Of a stretch of 64,000 nt of DNA, positions 53,529-63,697 are shown in pieces. The DNA lies in NCBI GenBank assembly GCA_965198115.1, contig OZ240241.1, positions 1,344,001 to 1,408,000 on the forward strand, read 5' to 3'. The position numbers and the translations under genes are program-made. Origin of the DNA: Candidatus Latescibacterota bacterium (GTDB lineage: Bacteria > Latescibacterota > UBA2968). The notes below the pieces were generated by a model. That model saw only the letters and a program-made list of their open reading frames with translations. It did no database searches and was not told where the DNA came from. The number at the start of each line of letters is the position of its first letter. Position 1 is the stretch's first letter.

Positions 53529-54127
53529 TCACTCTCCGGGACTCGCAACGAGGATACTCGCGATGAACCGAAGCCGCTGTTTCCGAGACTGACCCTTGAG
53601 GCTGGCTCCCTCAAGTTCGCGCTCGACGCGGTCGAGGATCCTCGTTGGCGACCACAACGCCCGACGTCCTACGCGGACTGCTCGAATGACGGTCACCGCG
53701 ACGGTTGTGCTGGGCTGATACTCGCAGAGCAATTCCTTCGCCACGTCCCGAATCTTCTTGGCGTCCCCAAGACGTCCTAATTCTGCCAGCAGCGTCGGCT
53801 TTTTTGCCCACGACGTCTGCTCCGCGCCTAGCTCATCCCATAGAAACCGGTACCTCGGGTATAGTCCCGCTCCCTTCGCTCCCTCCAACACCGTGTAGGC
53901 TTGGTATGCGTAGAGTGTGTTGCGCTCTTGCTGCCTGCTCACGCCGCGTGTCTCGATCACACTGCCGCGCCTGGGCGAGCTGCTTCTTGTCCTCGAAGAA
54001 GGACGGCAGGCCTAGCGCCTTCCTTCTGTCTTCCACGACAGGTCCGACCTCGAACCTTGATGCGTCTTGTCCGCTTCTTGGCTGGACGCTTGTCTCTGCG
54101 GGTCTGAGCCCGATGCTTTGTTGACAT
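53529..54127 (-). pseudogene. Basic hypothetical protein, paralog of 1630..2190, two frameshifts
   Basis: MSTKHRAQTRRDKRPAKKRTRR / FEDKKQLAQARQ / TRGVSRQQERNTLYA...KKPTLLAELGRL. Confidence 0.65.
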
Positions 54128-54169
54128 CTTGAAAACTCCGTACGGGGGTGGGTGCCCCCCTATCCGGAC

Positions 54170-55429
54170 CTAGGCTTCTTGCTCCTTGAATGGGATGTAA
54201 TTCACCCGATAGGTGCATGCACCGACCTTGAATGTTTGTGTGCGGCCGGCAGAGCATCGAGGACCTCGAAGCACGCTTGGGTTTTCTTGGTGCCAACCTA
54301 ACGAGTCGAAGATCCCGAGTTCCTTGAGGATCTCGAATGTCGCAAGCTCCCTCTTCTCGATCTCGACCCGTATCCTGAGCCGTAGCAAAGCTTCTGCCTC
54401 CTCCGCATCGATCAGATCCTCGAAAGCAGCCCTCTGCAAGTACTCCAAGCGGATCAGGATCTTGGCGATCACATCCTTCGCCGGCTCGCGACCAGGCATA
54501 AGGAGTCCGTGCTCGTTGAGGGCCCTGATGTCGTTGTACACGACCGATCTGTCTACGTCCGACGCCGCGATGTGTGCAGGTCCAACTCCCCCGGCCAACT
54601 GTGCGGCGACCAGCAGCCGTCTCGCCCATACGGCCATGTGCTCATCCGACCCTCGCTCCTTCCTTCCAGCGGTCCACTTGTCCCCGCCCTGTTGTAGGAT
54701 CTTCAGGACGCGCACGGAGCCGGCGCCGTATACGGGCAGTTCATCTGGGTAGACCACGGCCTCTGTCAGCTGGCTGATCGCTGCGATGTACTCTTGTCCT
54801 TGATACGGTTTGCCGGTACCTGGTGGAGGACCGGCGGGATCCCTCACGCCACGCTCCGCGTCGGACTCCCCCTCCCGCAGGGAGCGCCCGATCGGTCCGA
54901 GGAACCCCAACTTCATCAGCAATTCGCAGAGCTTCACCTCCCGGTCGGTTATCTCGTTCCTGATTCTCCGCCGTGGCTCCAATCCGCCTGCCTCGGCCAA
55001 GTTTTGGAAGGCGTCTACCTGCAGTCTCTCGATTCGTCTCCGGGTCCTGGAAAGTGCAGCGTCGGCCTGTCCAAGTCCCAAGGCCAGAGTCCGGTACGCC
55101 GAAACCACCGACAGGTCGTCCTGCACGACCTCGCTATCCGCCTCCACAGACCTCGCGATCGCCGGCAGGCCGGTTGGCCGCGCGAAGAGCTCGGCGACGA
55201 CCAGCCGCCTGCACCAATCAATGGCACGTCTGCCCACCTCTTCTCGCCGCCTGCCGCGTGGCCAAGTGTCTTCCCGTTCCTGCAGAGCCTCCCGGACACG
55301 TGGGGAGTCGTTGCCGGAAAGGGGAAGCTCGCCCGTTCGGACAACCCGATCGATCAGTTGGCGGATCGCTCTGACGTCCTCCGAAACGGCCACACACAGA
55401 CCCGACGTGGCCCGCCTCTTCTTTCCCAC
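54170..55429 (-). CDS. Hypothetical protein with two internal HTH-like repeats
   Basis: 419 aa, RBS AAGGAGG before GTG; repeats W.RRL.VA....IA.S.....VV..D...R.E.LQ..AF..L...R.R.R.EI..RE....E.L..LG. Confidence 0.65.
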   Translation of the reverse strand: MGKKRRATSGLCVAVSEDVRAIRQLIDRVVRTGELPLSGNDSPRVREALQEREDTWPRGRRREEVGRRAIDWCRRLVVAELFARPTGLPAIARSVEADSEVVQDDLSVVSAYRTLALGLGQADAALSRTRRRIERLQVDAFQNLAEAGGLEPRRRIRNEITDREVKLCELLMKLGFLGPIGRSLREGESDAERGVRDPAGPPPGTGKPYQGQEYIAAISQLTEAVVYPDELPVYGAGSVRVLKILQQGGDKWTAGRKERGSDEHMAVWARRLLVAAQLAGGVGPAHIAASDVDRSVVYNDIRALNEHGLLMPGREPAKDVIAKILIRLEYLQRAAFEDLIDAEEAEALLRLRIRVEIEKRELATFEILKELGIFDSLGWHQENPSVLRGPRCSAGRTQTFKVGACTYRVNYIPFKEQEA

Positions 55430-55488
55430 GGTCCCTCCTTGGGCTCTGAGTTTCGAAGATTGCGAACTAAGGGTTCGCGAATAAATAA

Positions 55489-56908
55489 GGCTCTATCCGG
55501 GTTTCTCAACGGTGAAACTATAGAATGACAAGGTCATAGATCGTTCCCTACGCTTGGTTGTGTGTGTAGGACAATCAAAGCGAAGGGGGTGCGACCTATG
55601 ACCGGGAGCAGATTACTATCGAAACTGCTGAGATTCAAGGGGTTCCGTGTTGTCAGCTGGTGGTTTGAGGGGAGAAGCTGTTTCGTCATCGCCGTAAAGC
55701 CACATAAGAATGGTTGTTGTTGTCCGGAGTGCGGCCGTCGAGGTAAAATCGTCCGCACAATGCCCCATCCGCGTCGGTGGCGTGACATTCCGGTGTGCGG
55801 GTGGAGGGTCTGGCTTCTCTACCATCCTCGGGAGATTCGGTGTCCTACCCACGGTCGTGTGGTCGAGGAGATTCCGTGGGCGGAGCGGTTCTCTCGGGTG
55901 ACGTATCGCTTCGAGTATGCCATGCTGCGCTACTGCCAGACCATGACGCAGAAGGCGGCGTCCGAGTTACTGCGCATCTCTGCCTCGACGCTGTCGGATC
56001 TCCTTCACCGATCCATCACGCGGCTTCGTGAAGGTCATCGTATCCGAGGGCTCAAAACCATCGGGATCGACGAGATCTCCTACGCCAAGCGTCACAGGTA
56101 CGCCACGCTCGTTTACGATCTGGACCGCTCCTGCGTGGTGTGGGTTGGCCGCGGCAGGGCGCGTAAAACGATCGATCGGTTCTTCACAGAGGCTCTCAGT
56201 CCCTACCAGAGATCCAAGATCGAGTGGGCCTGCTGCGACATGAGCGAAGCTTACATCGGAGCCATCCAGGAACACTGTCCGAATGCCAAGCTGGTCCTCG
56301 ATCGCTTTCACATCGTCAAGGCTCTCAATGCCGCCGTTGACGAGGTCCGTAAGGACCAGTGGCGTAAAGCTGCCCCGGATGAGCGCAAAGCCATGAAGGG
56401 CCTCCGATGGCTCCTCTACCGGCACTCAGCGACACGCTCCAGAGGGGATACTCGGACACTCAAAGCACTGGAGAAGGCGAACTACCGAATCTATAGAGCC
56501 TGGAGACTCAAGGACGAGTTCGAGCAGTTCTGGGAATACAAAGCGCCCTGGGCTGCCGAACGCTTCCTGAAATGCTGGACGACGTCCGCACTCAGAAGTC
56601 GACGTGAACCCCTGCGAAAGTTCGTCAGGACCCTGCGACAGCACTTCTTCGGCGTCCTCGCATTCGTGAACACGCGTCTTACCAACGCCATCGCCGAAGG
56701 CCTCAACCGAATCGTCCAAATCGTCAAGAACCGAGCCAGCGGATTCCGCACACTCGACGCATTCAACGATATGATCTTCCTTACCGTCGGAGACATAAAC
56801 ATCCCTGAGCAGATTCCGAAGAGGTTCCGCACACGCTAACCGCGCCCCCATGCCAGGAACCACGGCACCTTCACCCACTTCAGCTCGTTGAGAGATCCGG
56901 ATATAGCC
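55489..56908 (+). mobile_element. ISL3-family element (1420 bp)
   Basis: Both IRs; no target duplication (ATAAATAA vs TTGTAAAC). Confidence 0.95.
55598..56839 (+). CDS. ISL3-family transposase
   Basis: Near-identical to the other copies. Confidence 0.93.
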   Translation: MTGSRLLSKLLRFKGFRVVSWWFEGRSCFVIAVKPHKNGCCCPECGRRGKIVRTMPHPRRWRDIPVCGWRVWLLYHPREIRCPTHGRVVEEIPWAERFSRVTYRFEYAMLRYCQTMTQKAASELLRISASTLSDLLHRSITRLREGHRIRGLKTIGIDEISYAKRHRYATLVYDLDRSCVVWVGRGRARKTIDRFFTEALSPYQRSKIEWACCDMSEAYIGAIQEHCPNAKLVLDRFHIVKALNAAVDEVRKDQWRKAAPDERKAMKGLRWLLYRHSATRSRGDTRTLKALEKANYRIYRAWRLKDEFEQFWEYKAPWAAERFLKCWTTSALRSRREPLRKFVRTLRQHFFGVLAFVNTRLTNAIAEGLNRIVQIVKNRASGFRTLDAFNDMIFLTVGDINIPEQIPKRFRTR

Positions 56909-57016
56909 TTGTAAACAGACACACGACCAAACCAAGTATGCTTCGAATCATTCCAACCTCCTTGAGTGTGATGTCCTCTAGCCTTTTCCTGAATTTCGAA
57001 AGCTGAATCGGAGCCA

Positions 57017-57241
57017 GTGAACAAGACCGACGAAATCAGGGTCGGCGTAACCGTCCGCTACGCGCCTTGGTGGCTGAACCTCAACGTCATACTACCCGGC
57101 CGGCCGGAGCGGGAGTACATGACCGCGGAGGACGGCACGAAGGAACGTAATATGCAGATGCCGGTCCCCCGCGACGTGTTCGACTCGTTGCCCGAGGACG
57201 TCCAGCGCCTCTTCCGCCACTGGGTCGAGGGCATGACTTAG
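57017..57241 (+). CDS. Small hypothetical protein
   Basis: 74 aa, GGAG before GTG, GC-rich third codon positions; no family recognised. Confidence 0.35.
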   Translation: MNKTDEIRVGVTVRYAPWWLNLNVILPGRPEREYMTAEDGTKERNMQMPVPRDVFDSLPEDVQRLFRHWVEGMT

Positions 57242-57882
57242 AGCTTCGGTCTCCAGCTAGTCGATCGGGTCGAAGAAGGTCAGGTCGGTCCCGAAGTTCA
57301 CCATGGCGATGACCTGGTCGCCCCGGAAGCGGGCGCGCGTCTCCGTGGTGCGCCATGACGACATAACGCAGGTGGTGGAATGGGCGTGGGTCCCGAAGAG
57401 CTCCGTCGAGAACGAACCGTCCTCTGTGAAAACTCGCGTATGGCCTTCTTCTTTAGCACCAGCGGCCCTATGGAGCGGGCCAGACGCTGGATGTAGGTCA
57501 GTACCCTTCTCGCATGATCTTGACCGGCAGGTCCTTTTCGATGCGCTCCAACTCCCACTGCTCGGTCGGCACCCAGTAGTCGAAGATCACTCTGGATACT
57601 GGCCTCGGCCAGCTCACGCGCCCGGTCGGAGCCGCGATACTTCACCAAGGAGTAGAGCTATCGGCACGCGATACCCCGCCGGACAGGCCTCAGGCGCATC
57701 GCTGGACCGCCACGGACCTCGCACCGGCGCCAAACACACCGTTTATTCGTCCTATCCGCTGTACCAGAAAGGAGGGATGATTGCAACAGGCCCCGAGCTC
57801 GTTGCACCTCGCTGCCTACCGCCCCTATAATAGGACTCTACACGCATCGTGAACGCAACATGATCTTGAGAAAACGACTCGA

Positions 57883-59839
57883 ATGAGCCTGAAAGAGCAG
57901 CTCGCCGTGCTCGAGCCCGGCATCATTATCACAGTCGCTGGAGTCGGCTACATGGACGGCGTACCTGCTCGCGACGCCCCGGCGGGCACACCCCAGGGAG
58001 TCGTCCGCATAGCCAATGGCGACCTGATCGTCCTCGACATGTGGGGGCACCGCATCTGGCGCATCGATACCGATGGCATCCTGCACGCCTTCGCCGGTGA
58101 CGGCGTGCCGGGCGATCGTGGCGACGGCGGGCCCGCCAAAGACGCCCGCCTCGACGACCCCCACGACTTGACCAAAGACAGGGTCGACAATCTCTACCTC
58201 ACCGACCTCGGAAACCACGCGGTGCGTCGCATCGACGCAGTCTCCGGCGTCATCACGCGAGTCGCCGGCTCCGGTAAAGTCGGCTGGGGCGGAAACGGCG
58301 GACCCGCTCTCGAGTGCGAGATCGACAATGACTCGGGCATTGCCGTCGACGACGACGGTAATGTCTTTCTTTCCTGCGAGTGGTCGAACGTCATCCGCCG
58401 CATCGATGCCACGACCGGCATCATCGAGCACTTCGCCGGGGCCGAGGCGCGCCACTACGACCTGGAGAACGGCAACAGCAGACCGTTCTCTGGTCCGTGG
58501 CTGAGCCTCGGCGGGTACTCCGGCGACGGCGGTCCGAAGGAAAAAGCGGGCTTTCACCACCCCGAGCACCTGGCCTTCGACTCGAAGGGGGATCTCTACG
58601 TCTGTGATAATTCCAACGACCGCATCCGCAAGATCGACATGAAGACGGGGATCGTCAGCACCGTCCTCGGGAACGGCCAGCGCGCCTCCAGCGGTGACGG
58701 CGAGGCCGGCACTGAGGCCGCCATCCTGATGCCCGATGCTCTGTGCTTCGACGCCGAGGACAACATGTACGTCGGCGAGAAGTACGGTTTTCGTCTGCGC
58801 CGCCTGGATGCCAATACCGGCCTGGTTTCCACCCTGGCGGGCAATGGTCAGGCGGGTTGGGGCGATGAGGGCCTGCCCGGCCCGGACAGCCGCATCAACT
58901 CAGTCGAGGCCGGGCTGTGGGCAGATTCCGACGGCACTGTATTCTGGGGCGACTCCTCCGGCCGCCTGCGCAGGTACGACGGGAAGACCGGCGTTGTGAC
59001 GACCGCCCTGGGGGGCACCTCCGTGCATGACGGCGAACCCGCGACGCAGGCGTTTCTGCGAGGGCCCTACGGCATCTCCATCGCAGAGGATGGAGATGTC
59101 TATTTCGCCGATTGCTGGAACCAGCGAGTCCGCGCCATCGACGCCGACACCGGGGTGATTCGCACCGTTGCCGGCGAGGGGGCGCGGGCCTATGGCGGCG
59201 ACGGCGGCCCGGCCGCGCTAGCCTTTCTCGGCAACCCGGGGGACGTCGCGGTCGGGCGGGACGGCACCGTCATCGTGGCGGACACGCGTCACAGCCACGT
59301 GCGCCGGATCGACACAGACGGAATCATCCACAACTTCGCGGGCGCCGCTTTCCCGTGGGACAAGGGCGACGGGGGTCCGGCGATCAGCGCCCGCATCGGC
59401 AGGCCCATGTCCCTCCGCTTCGACGGCGAGGGCAACCTCTACTTCCCGGATATGGCCAGCAACGTTGTGCGGCGCGTCGACGCCGAGACAGGTGTCATCC
59501 GTGACCACGGTAGTCGGCAAGGGCGAGTCGGGTCACTCCCCGGACGGCACGCCCGCGGAAGAAGCCAGACTCGGCTCGCCACACGGTGTCGAGGTATCGC
59601 GGGACGGCGAGACCATTTACCTGGCGGACACCGCGAATTTCCAGGTGCGTGCCGTGGGCCCGGATCGGGTCCTGCGCACCATCGCCGGCAGTGACGACGG
59701 CGGCGACTCCGGCGACGGCGGTCCCGCCACTGCCGCCAGGCTCAACTACCCGTATTCTCTCCGCATTTACGGCGACGATGTCCTGCTCGTCAGCGACCAC
59801 TGGAACAACAAGATCAGGGCCGTGAAACTCTTTCAATAG
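57883..59839 (+). pseudogene. Multi-NHL-repeat beta-propeller protein, frameshifted near 59500
   Basis: Repeated GDGGPA..A.L..P..L..D..GNLY..D..N..IRRID...GII.TVAG units in two frames. Confidence 0.88.
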
Positions 59840-60015
59840 TTCTCGGCGACGAACCGGCGGAATGGTGAAACTCGGATGAAGATCGCGCTCGTTCAGCAAA
59901 GGCGTCAGAGGACAGGACCGCCAACCGCGACGCAGGTCACGCCCTCACGACACCATCCATAAGACACATTTGCTATCCACTGCTCTTCGCGGAAAACCAA
60001 AGGACGAGCCCAGCC

Positions 60016-61101
60016 ATGGACGAAAACCCCACGGTCAGCACCGTATTCGAGATCGAGCCACCGGATCCACCCAACGACGGCATCATGTTCGTAGACCACG
60101 CCCGATCGGGCCGTAGTGGCCACCTGGGCCACGCGCTCGTTGAATATGCTCCGGGGAAAATCCTGGCGTTCTACCCCAACTGCTCGGATAGGAACGACGG
60201 ACACACGGGGGACGGGTGGATGGAATACCGGCGTTCCGAAGACGGGGGACGAACCTGGAGCGCCGGCGAAGTGCTTGCCTACTCCAAGGCGGTCTACGAC
60301 AGGAACGCTGGAAAGTCCGTCATGTGTGAGAATGCCGTGCGAGCCGACGACGGGGCGGTCGTCCTGTTCAACCTGGAGTGCGGGAACACGGCCGAAGAGA
60401 AGTGGGCGTGGGCGCCGCTGGACGTTCCCACGTGTCTTCGCAGCACGGATGACGGCCGTACGTGGGGACCTGCGGAACCGATGGGCGATCAACCCGGCCG
60501 CATCTGGGATGCGATGGTTCACGACGGCAGCATCCTGGTTCTCGAGCTGTGCAACGACAGCTCGATCCATTGGTACGGCAACCTTCCCGAGCACTTCTAC
60601 GGGCTCTACGCAAGCACCGATCACGGCCGCAGCTTCGCCCTGCGGAGCAAGCTGCCGCTCGAGATCCAGTGTCGGGGCTACGGCGCCCTGTCGATTCTGC
60701 AAGACGGCGGACTGATCGCCTACGTCTACAACAAGGCCGACGAAAAGCACCTGGACTACGTCATCAGTCACGACGGCGGCTACACCTGGAGCGACGTGCA
60801 AACCGCGTTTTTCGAGAAGCAGATCCGAAATCCGCAGATGGCCCGCTTCAAAGGCGGATACGTCCTTCACGGACGGAGCGGAGCCCAGGGAGAAGGGAGC
60901 GGACATTTCGTACTGTATACGTCGGACGACGGCATCCACTGGGACTCAGGACGCTACCTGCGGATGCAGGAGGCGCGCGCCGGCGCGTACTCGAACAATT
61001 TACGGGTGCACAGCCCCGGTGCACCGGAACGCCTGCTGATCCAGGCTTCCCACGCGTACGAAGGATATATGACGAACCTCCTGCACTGGTGGCTGACTTA
61101 G
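60016..61101 (+). CDS. Sialidase/BNR Asp-box family protein
   Basis: SEDGGRTW, STDDGRTW, STDHGRSF, SHDGGYTW, SDDGIHW. Confidence 0.85.
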   Translation: MDENPTVSTVFEIEPPDPPNDGIMFVDHARSGRSGHLGHALVEYAPGKILAFYPNCSDRNDGHTGDGWMEYRRSEDGGRTWSAGEVLAYSKAVYDRNAGKSVMCENAVRADDGAVVLFNLECGNTAEEKWAWAPLDVPTCLRSTDDGRTWGPAEPMGDQPGRIWDAMVHDGSILVLELCNDSSIHWYGNLPEHFYGLYASTDHGRSFALRSKLPLEIQCRGYGALSILQDGGLIAYVYNKADEKHLDYVISHDGGYTWSDVQTAFFEKQIRNPQMARFKGGYVLHGRSGAQGEGSGHFVLYTSDDGIHWDSGRYLRMQEARAGAYSNNLRVHSPGAPERLLIQASHAYEGYMTNLLHWWLT

Positions 61102-61179
61102 TGGAAGGTCCCACGGGCCTCAGATTTCGGGAGGGAACATGAGCGTCGCAAACCTTGAACCTTTTGTGGTCGACAAGAA

Positions 61180-61364
61180 CCTCGGCGAGATCCTTACAAC
61201 TGCACCGGAAGCCAGAGTGTTAACCGCTTGGTGGAGACAGCACTACAATCACGTCCGACCACATAGTGCGTTAGGCTATAGACCACCCGCACCGGCGGTG
61301 GTCAAACTGCCCATCGCGGCCGCATCCTAACTTTGGATGTGGACACAAAAGTGGGGGCAGGTCA
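61180..61364 (+). mobile_element. IS3-family remnant: transposase C-terminus and right IR
   Basis: EARVL...WRQHYNHVRPHSALGYRPPAP; end GTGGACACAAAAGTGGGGGCAGGTCA. Confidence 0.85.
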
Positions 61365-61697
61365 CCGGCTTATGGTCAAATCGTTTCATTTCTCGGCCTG
61401 GGTGCACACATCGTTCACGAAGTCGGTTTCCAAACCGACCTGGTTGCAGCCGCTGTCGTTTACTACTTTGGATATCAGCTGCGCAAAGTCTCGCGGTCGA
61501 ACGGGCGGAATGCCTCCCGCGCCTGCCCGGGATTGACCGTTGCATATCCGTGGTATGGTATATTACTGAGTGATGCTGCGCCTCGCACCGTATGCGGGTT
61601 CAGGCCGTCGGAATCGACCCGAACTCAGTTGAGTATATTGAGTGCGCACTGGGCGAGAGTCGCCTTGTAGTGCTACCAGGTCGAGGCAACGAAACTC

Positions 61698-62633
61698 ATG
61701 ACACCAAGCGAGCGATACTACTGGGACCTCGTGGGCCATCTCGTGGTCCCCAATGCATTGACCGCCAGTGAAGTCGCCGCGGCCAACGAAGCCCTGGACT
61801 ACCTCGTCGACCGGCTTCAAAACGGGACAGACGAATCGTCAGACCTTCTCCGCAAGCACGCGCAGCCCCGATGGCTCGACGGAACCCTGGTCTGGACCGA
61901 CCACACCGTCCCCTTCCTCCTGATGCTCCCTCAGCCCCACTGTGAGCCGTTCAGGAAGATGCTCGCTCCGCCCCAGATCGTGCGTCGGCTGCGTGCGATG
62001 TGTGGGGAGGGGTTCAGGCTGGACGGCGGTCCGTTCTTCATCGGTGGCACGACCGGAACGGAAGTACACAACCTGCACGGCGCAGGCGAGCCGCATAAGC
62101 CTTATGTCGCCTACGCCGAGCAGAACGGGGCCTCATTCACCGGCGCGGTGACGGTGTCATACGCCTTCTCCGACGCGGGCGCAGGTGAAGGTGGATTCGC
62201 GTGCGTCCCGGGCAGCCATAAGTCGCGGTATCCGATTCCGCCGGGTCTCCGCACAATGGACGACGACATGGGCTGCGTCGAGAATCCGTCCGCGAAAGCC
62301 GGGGACGCGATTTTCTTCATGAATGGCGCGCAGACTCACGGTGCTGTTCCCTGGAGAGGCGTAAACGCCCGTCGCACCGTTCTCTTCATGTATTCCGCTC
62401 GATCCACCGCCCGTCAGGGCGCCTCGCGGTGGTGTCTCGATCCGGACAGATACTGGGACGCCGACGCCGTGTCTGGAATGACGCCCGAACAACGAGCCGT
62501 CATGTATGGTCCTTCCTCCTCACCTCAGACCGACGGTCCCTACCTCGACCTGGACGAAGACGGTGTCGTGAAGGTCGATCGCGACTACCTCACTTCGCTG
62601 GAAACTGCCTCGGACACCTTCCTCCGGGGATAA
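61698..62633 (+). CDS. PhyH-like Fe(II)/2OG oxygenase (H-G-A motif)
   Basis: ERYYWDL.GHL, FRLD, LHGAGEPHKPY, CVPGSHKS, KAGD..FFM.GAQTHG.VPW, RR. Confidence 0.9.
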   Translation: MTPSERYYWDLVGHLVVPNALTASEVAAANEALDYLVDRLQNGTDESSDLLRKHAQPRWLDGTLVWTDHTVPFLLMLPQPHCEPFRKMLAPPQIVRRLRAMCGEGFRLDGGPFFIGGTTGTEVHNLHGAGEPHKPYVAYAEQNGASFTGAVTVSYAFSDAGAGEGGFACVPGSHKSRYPIPPGLRTMDDDMGCVENPSAKAGDAIFFMNGAQTHGAVPWRGVNARRTVLFMYSARSTARQGASRWCLDPDRYWDADAVSGMTPEQRAVMYGPSSSPQTDGPYLDLDEDGVVKVDRDYLTSLETASDTFLRG

Positions 62634-62637
62634 GTGC

Positions 62638-63576
62638 GTGATGAAACCCCGCGAACGGTACTACTGGGACCTGAACGGCCACCTCATCGTCCCTGACGTC
62701 CTGTCGCCAGGCGAGGTCGCCGCCGCAAATGAGGCCCTCGACCACGCAGACGACCACATGCAGAACGGCACCGATGCCTACGCTGAACGCCTCCGCGAAA
62801 GCGCAAACGCGGCCTGGGTCGACGACACGCTGGTGCGCACCCGTCCCGAAGCCCCTTTCCTTCTGACGCTCGAGCCCCCGCACTGCGAGCCCTTCCGCAG
62901 GATGCTCGTTCATCCGGAGATCGTGAGTCGTCTTCGCGAAATGAGCGGGCCCGGTTTCCGCCTGGACAGCGGGCCTGTCTTCATCGGAGGCGTCGACGGT
63001 ACGCGCGTGCACAAGCTCCACGGCTCCGGTGAGCCTCATAAGCCGTATGTCGGCTACCACACGTCCGGCAACGGAATCTTCGCAGGCGCCGTCACCGTGG
63101 CTTACCTCCTCGCCGACGCGGGACCCGATGACGGGGGATACGCCTGTGTTCCGGGGAGCCACAAATCCCGGTATCCCATTCCGCCGGGCGTGCGCACGAC
63201 GGAAAATGACATGGGATGCGTGGCCAAGCCGGTCGTCAAAGCCGGTGATGCATTGTTCTTCATGGATGGCGCACAGACCCACGGCGCCCTCCCCTGGAAG
63301 GCGTCCCATCCTCGAAGAACCGTTCTCTTCAAGTTCCACTGCCGAACATCGGCACGCCGGGGATCCGCCGTGTGGAACCTCGAACCCGAAATGCAGTGGG
63401 ACACAAATGTCATCGAGAACATGACGCCCACGCAGCGTTCCGTCATGTACGGTCCCTCCTCTTCGCCACAGTCCGACGGCCCCTACCTCCAGGTCAGCGA
63501 CGAGGGTGTCGTCAGCGTCGACCACGCTTACCTGCCTTCGCTGAAGACGCACTCTGACACGTTCGTCGCAGGGTAA
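62638..63576 (+). CDS. PhyH-like Fe(II)/2OG oxygenase (H-G-S motif), tandem paralog
   Basis: Colinear with the upstream gene; LHGSGEPHKPY, CVPGSHKS, GAQTHGALPW. Confidence 0.9.
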   Translation: MMKPRERYYWDLNGHLIVPDVLSPGEVAAANEALDHADDHMQNGTDAYAERLRESANAAWVDDTLVRTRPEAPFLLTLEPPHCEPFRRMLVHPEIVSRLREMSGPGFRLDSGPVFIGGVDGTRVHKLHGSGEPHKPYVGYHTSGNGIFAGAVTVAYLLADAGPDDGGYACVPGSHKSRYPIPPGVRTTENDMGCVAKPVVKAGDALFFMDGAQTHGALPWKASHPRRTVLFKFHCRTSARRGSAVWNLEPEMQWDTNVIENMTPTQRSVMYGPSSSPQSDGPYLQVSDEGVVSVDHAYLPSLKTHSDTFVAG

Positions 63577-63697
63577 GTAAAGTGTTCAGAGTTCCCACCT
63601 ACGCCCCTATCGGGGCTACCGCGGGCAGGCAGGGTTCCCCTCGACACACTGCCTTCGGCAGCAACTCGGGACAGGCAGAGTTCAGGAAACCAGGACC

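Noticed and set aside
63577-63697. Structured intergenic RNA or riboswitch
   Set aside because: Only short hairpins (e.g. CTGCC-TTC-GGCAG); no recognisable riboswitch or tRNA motif.
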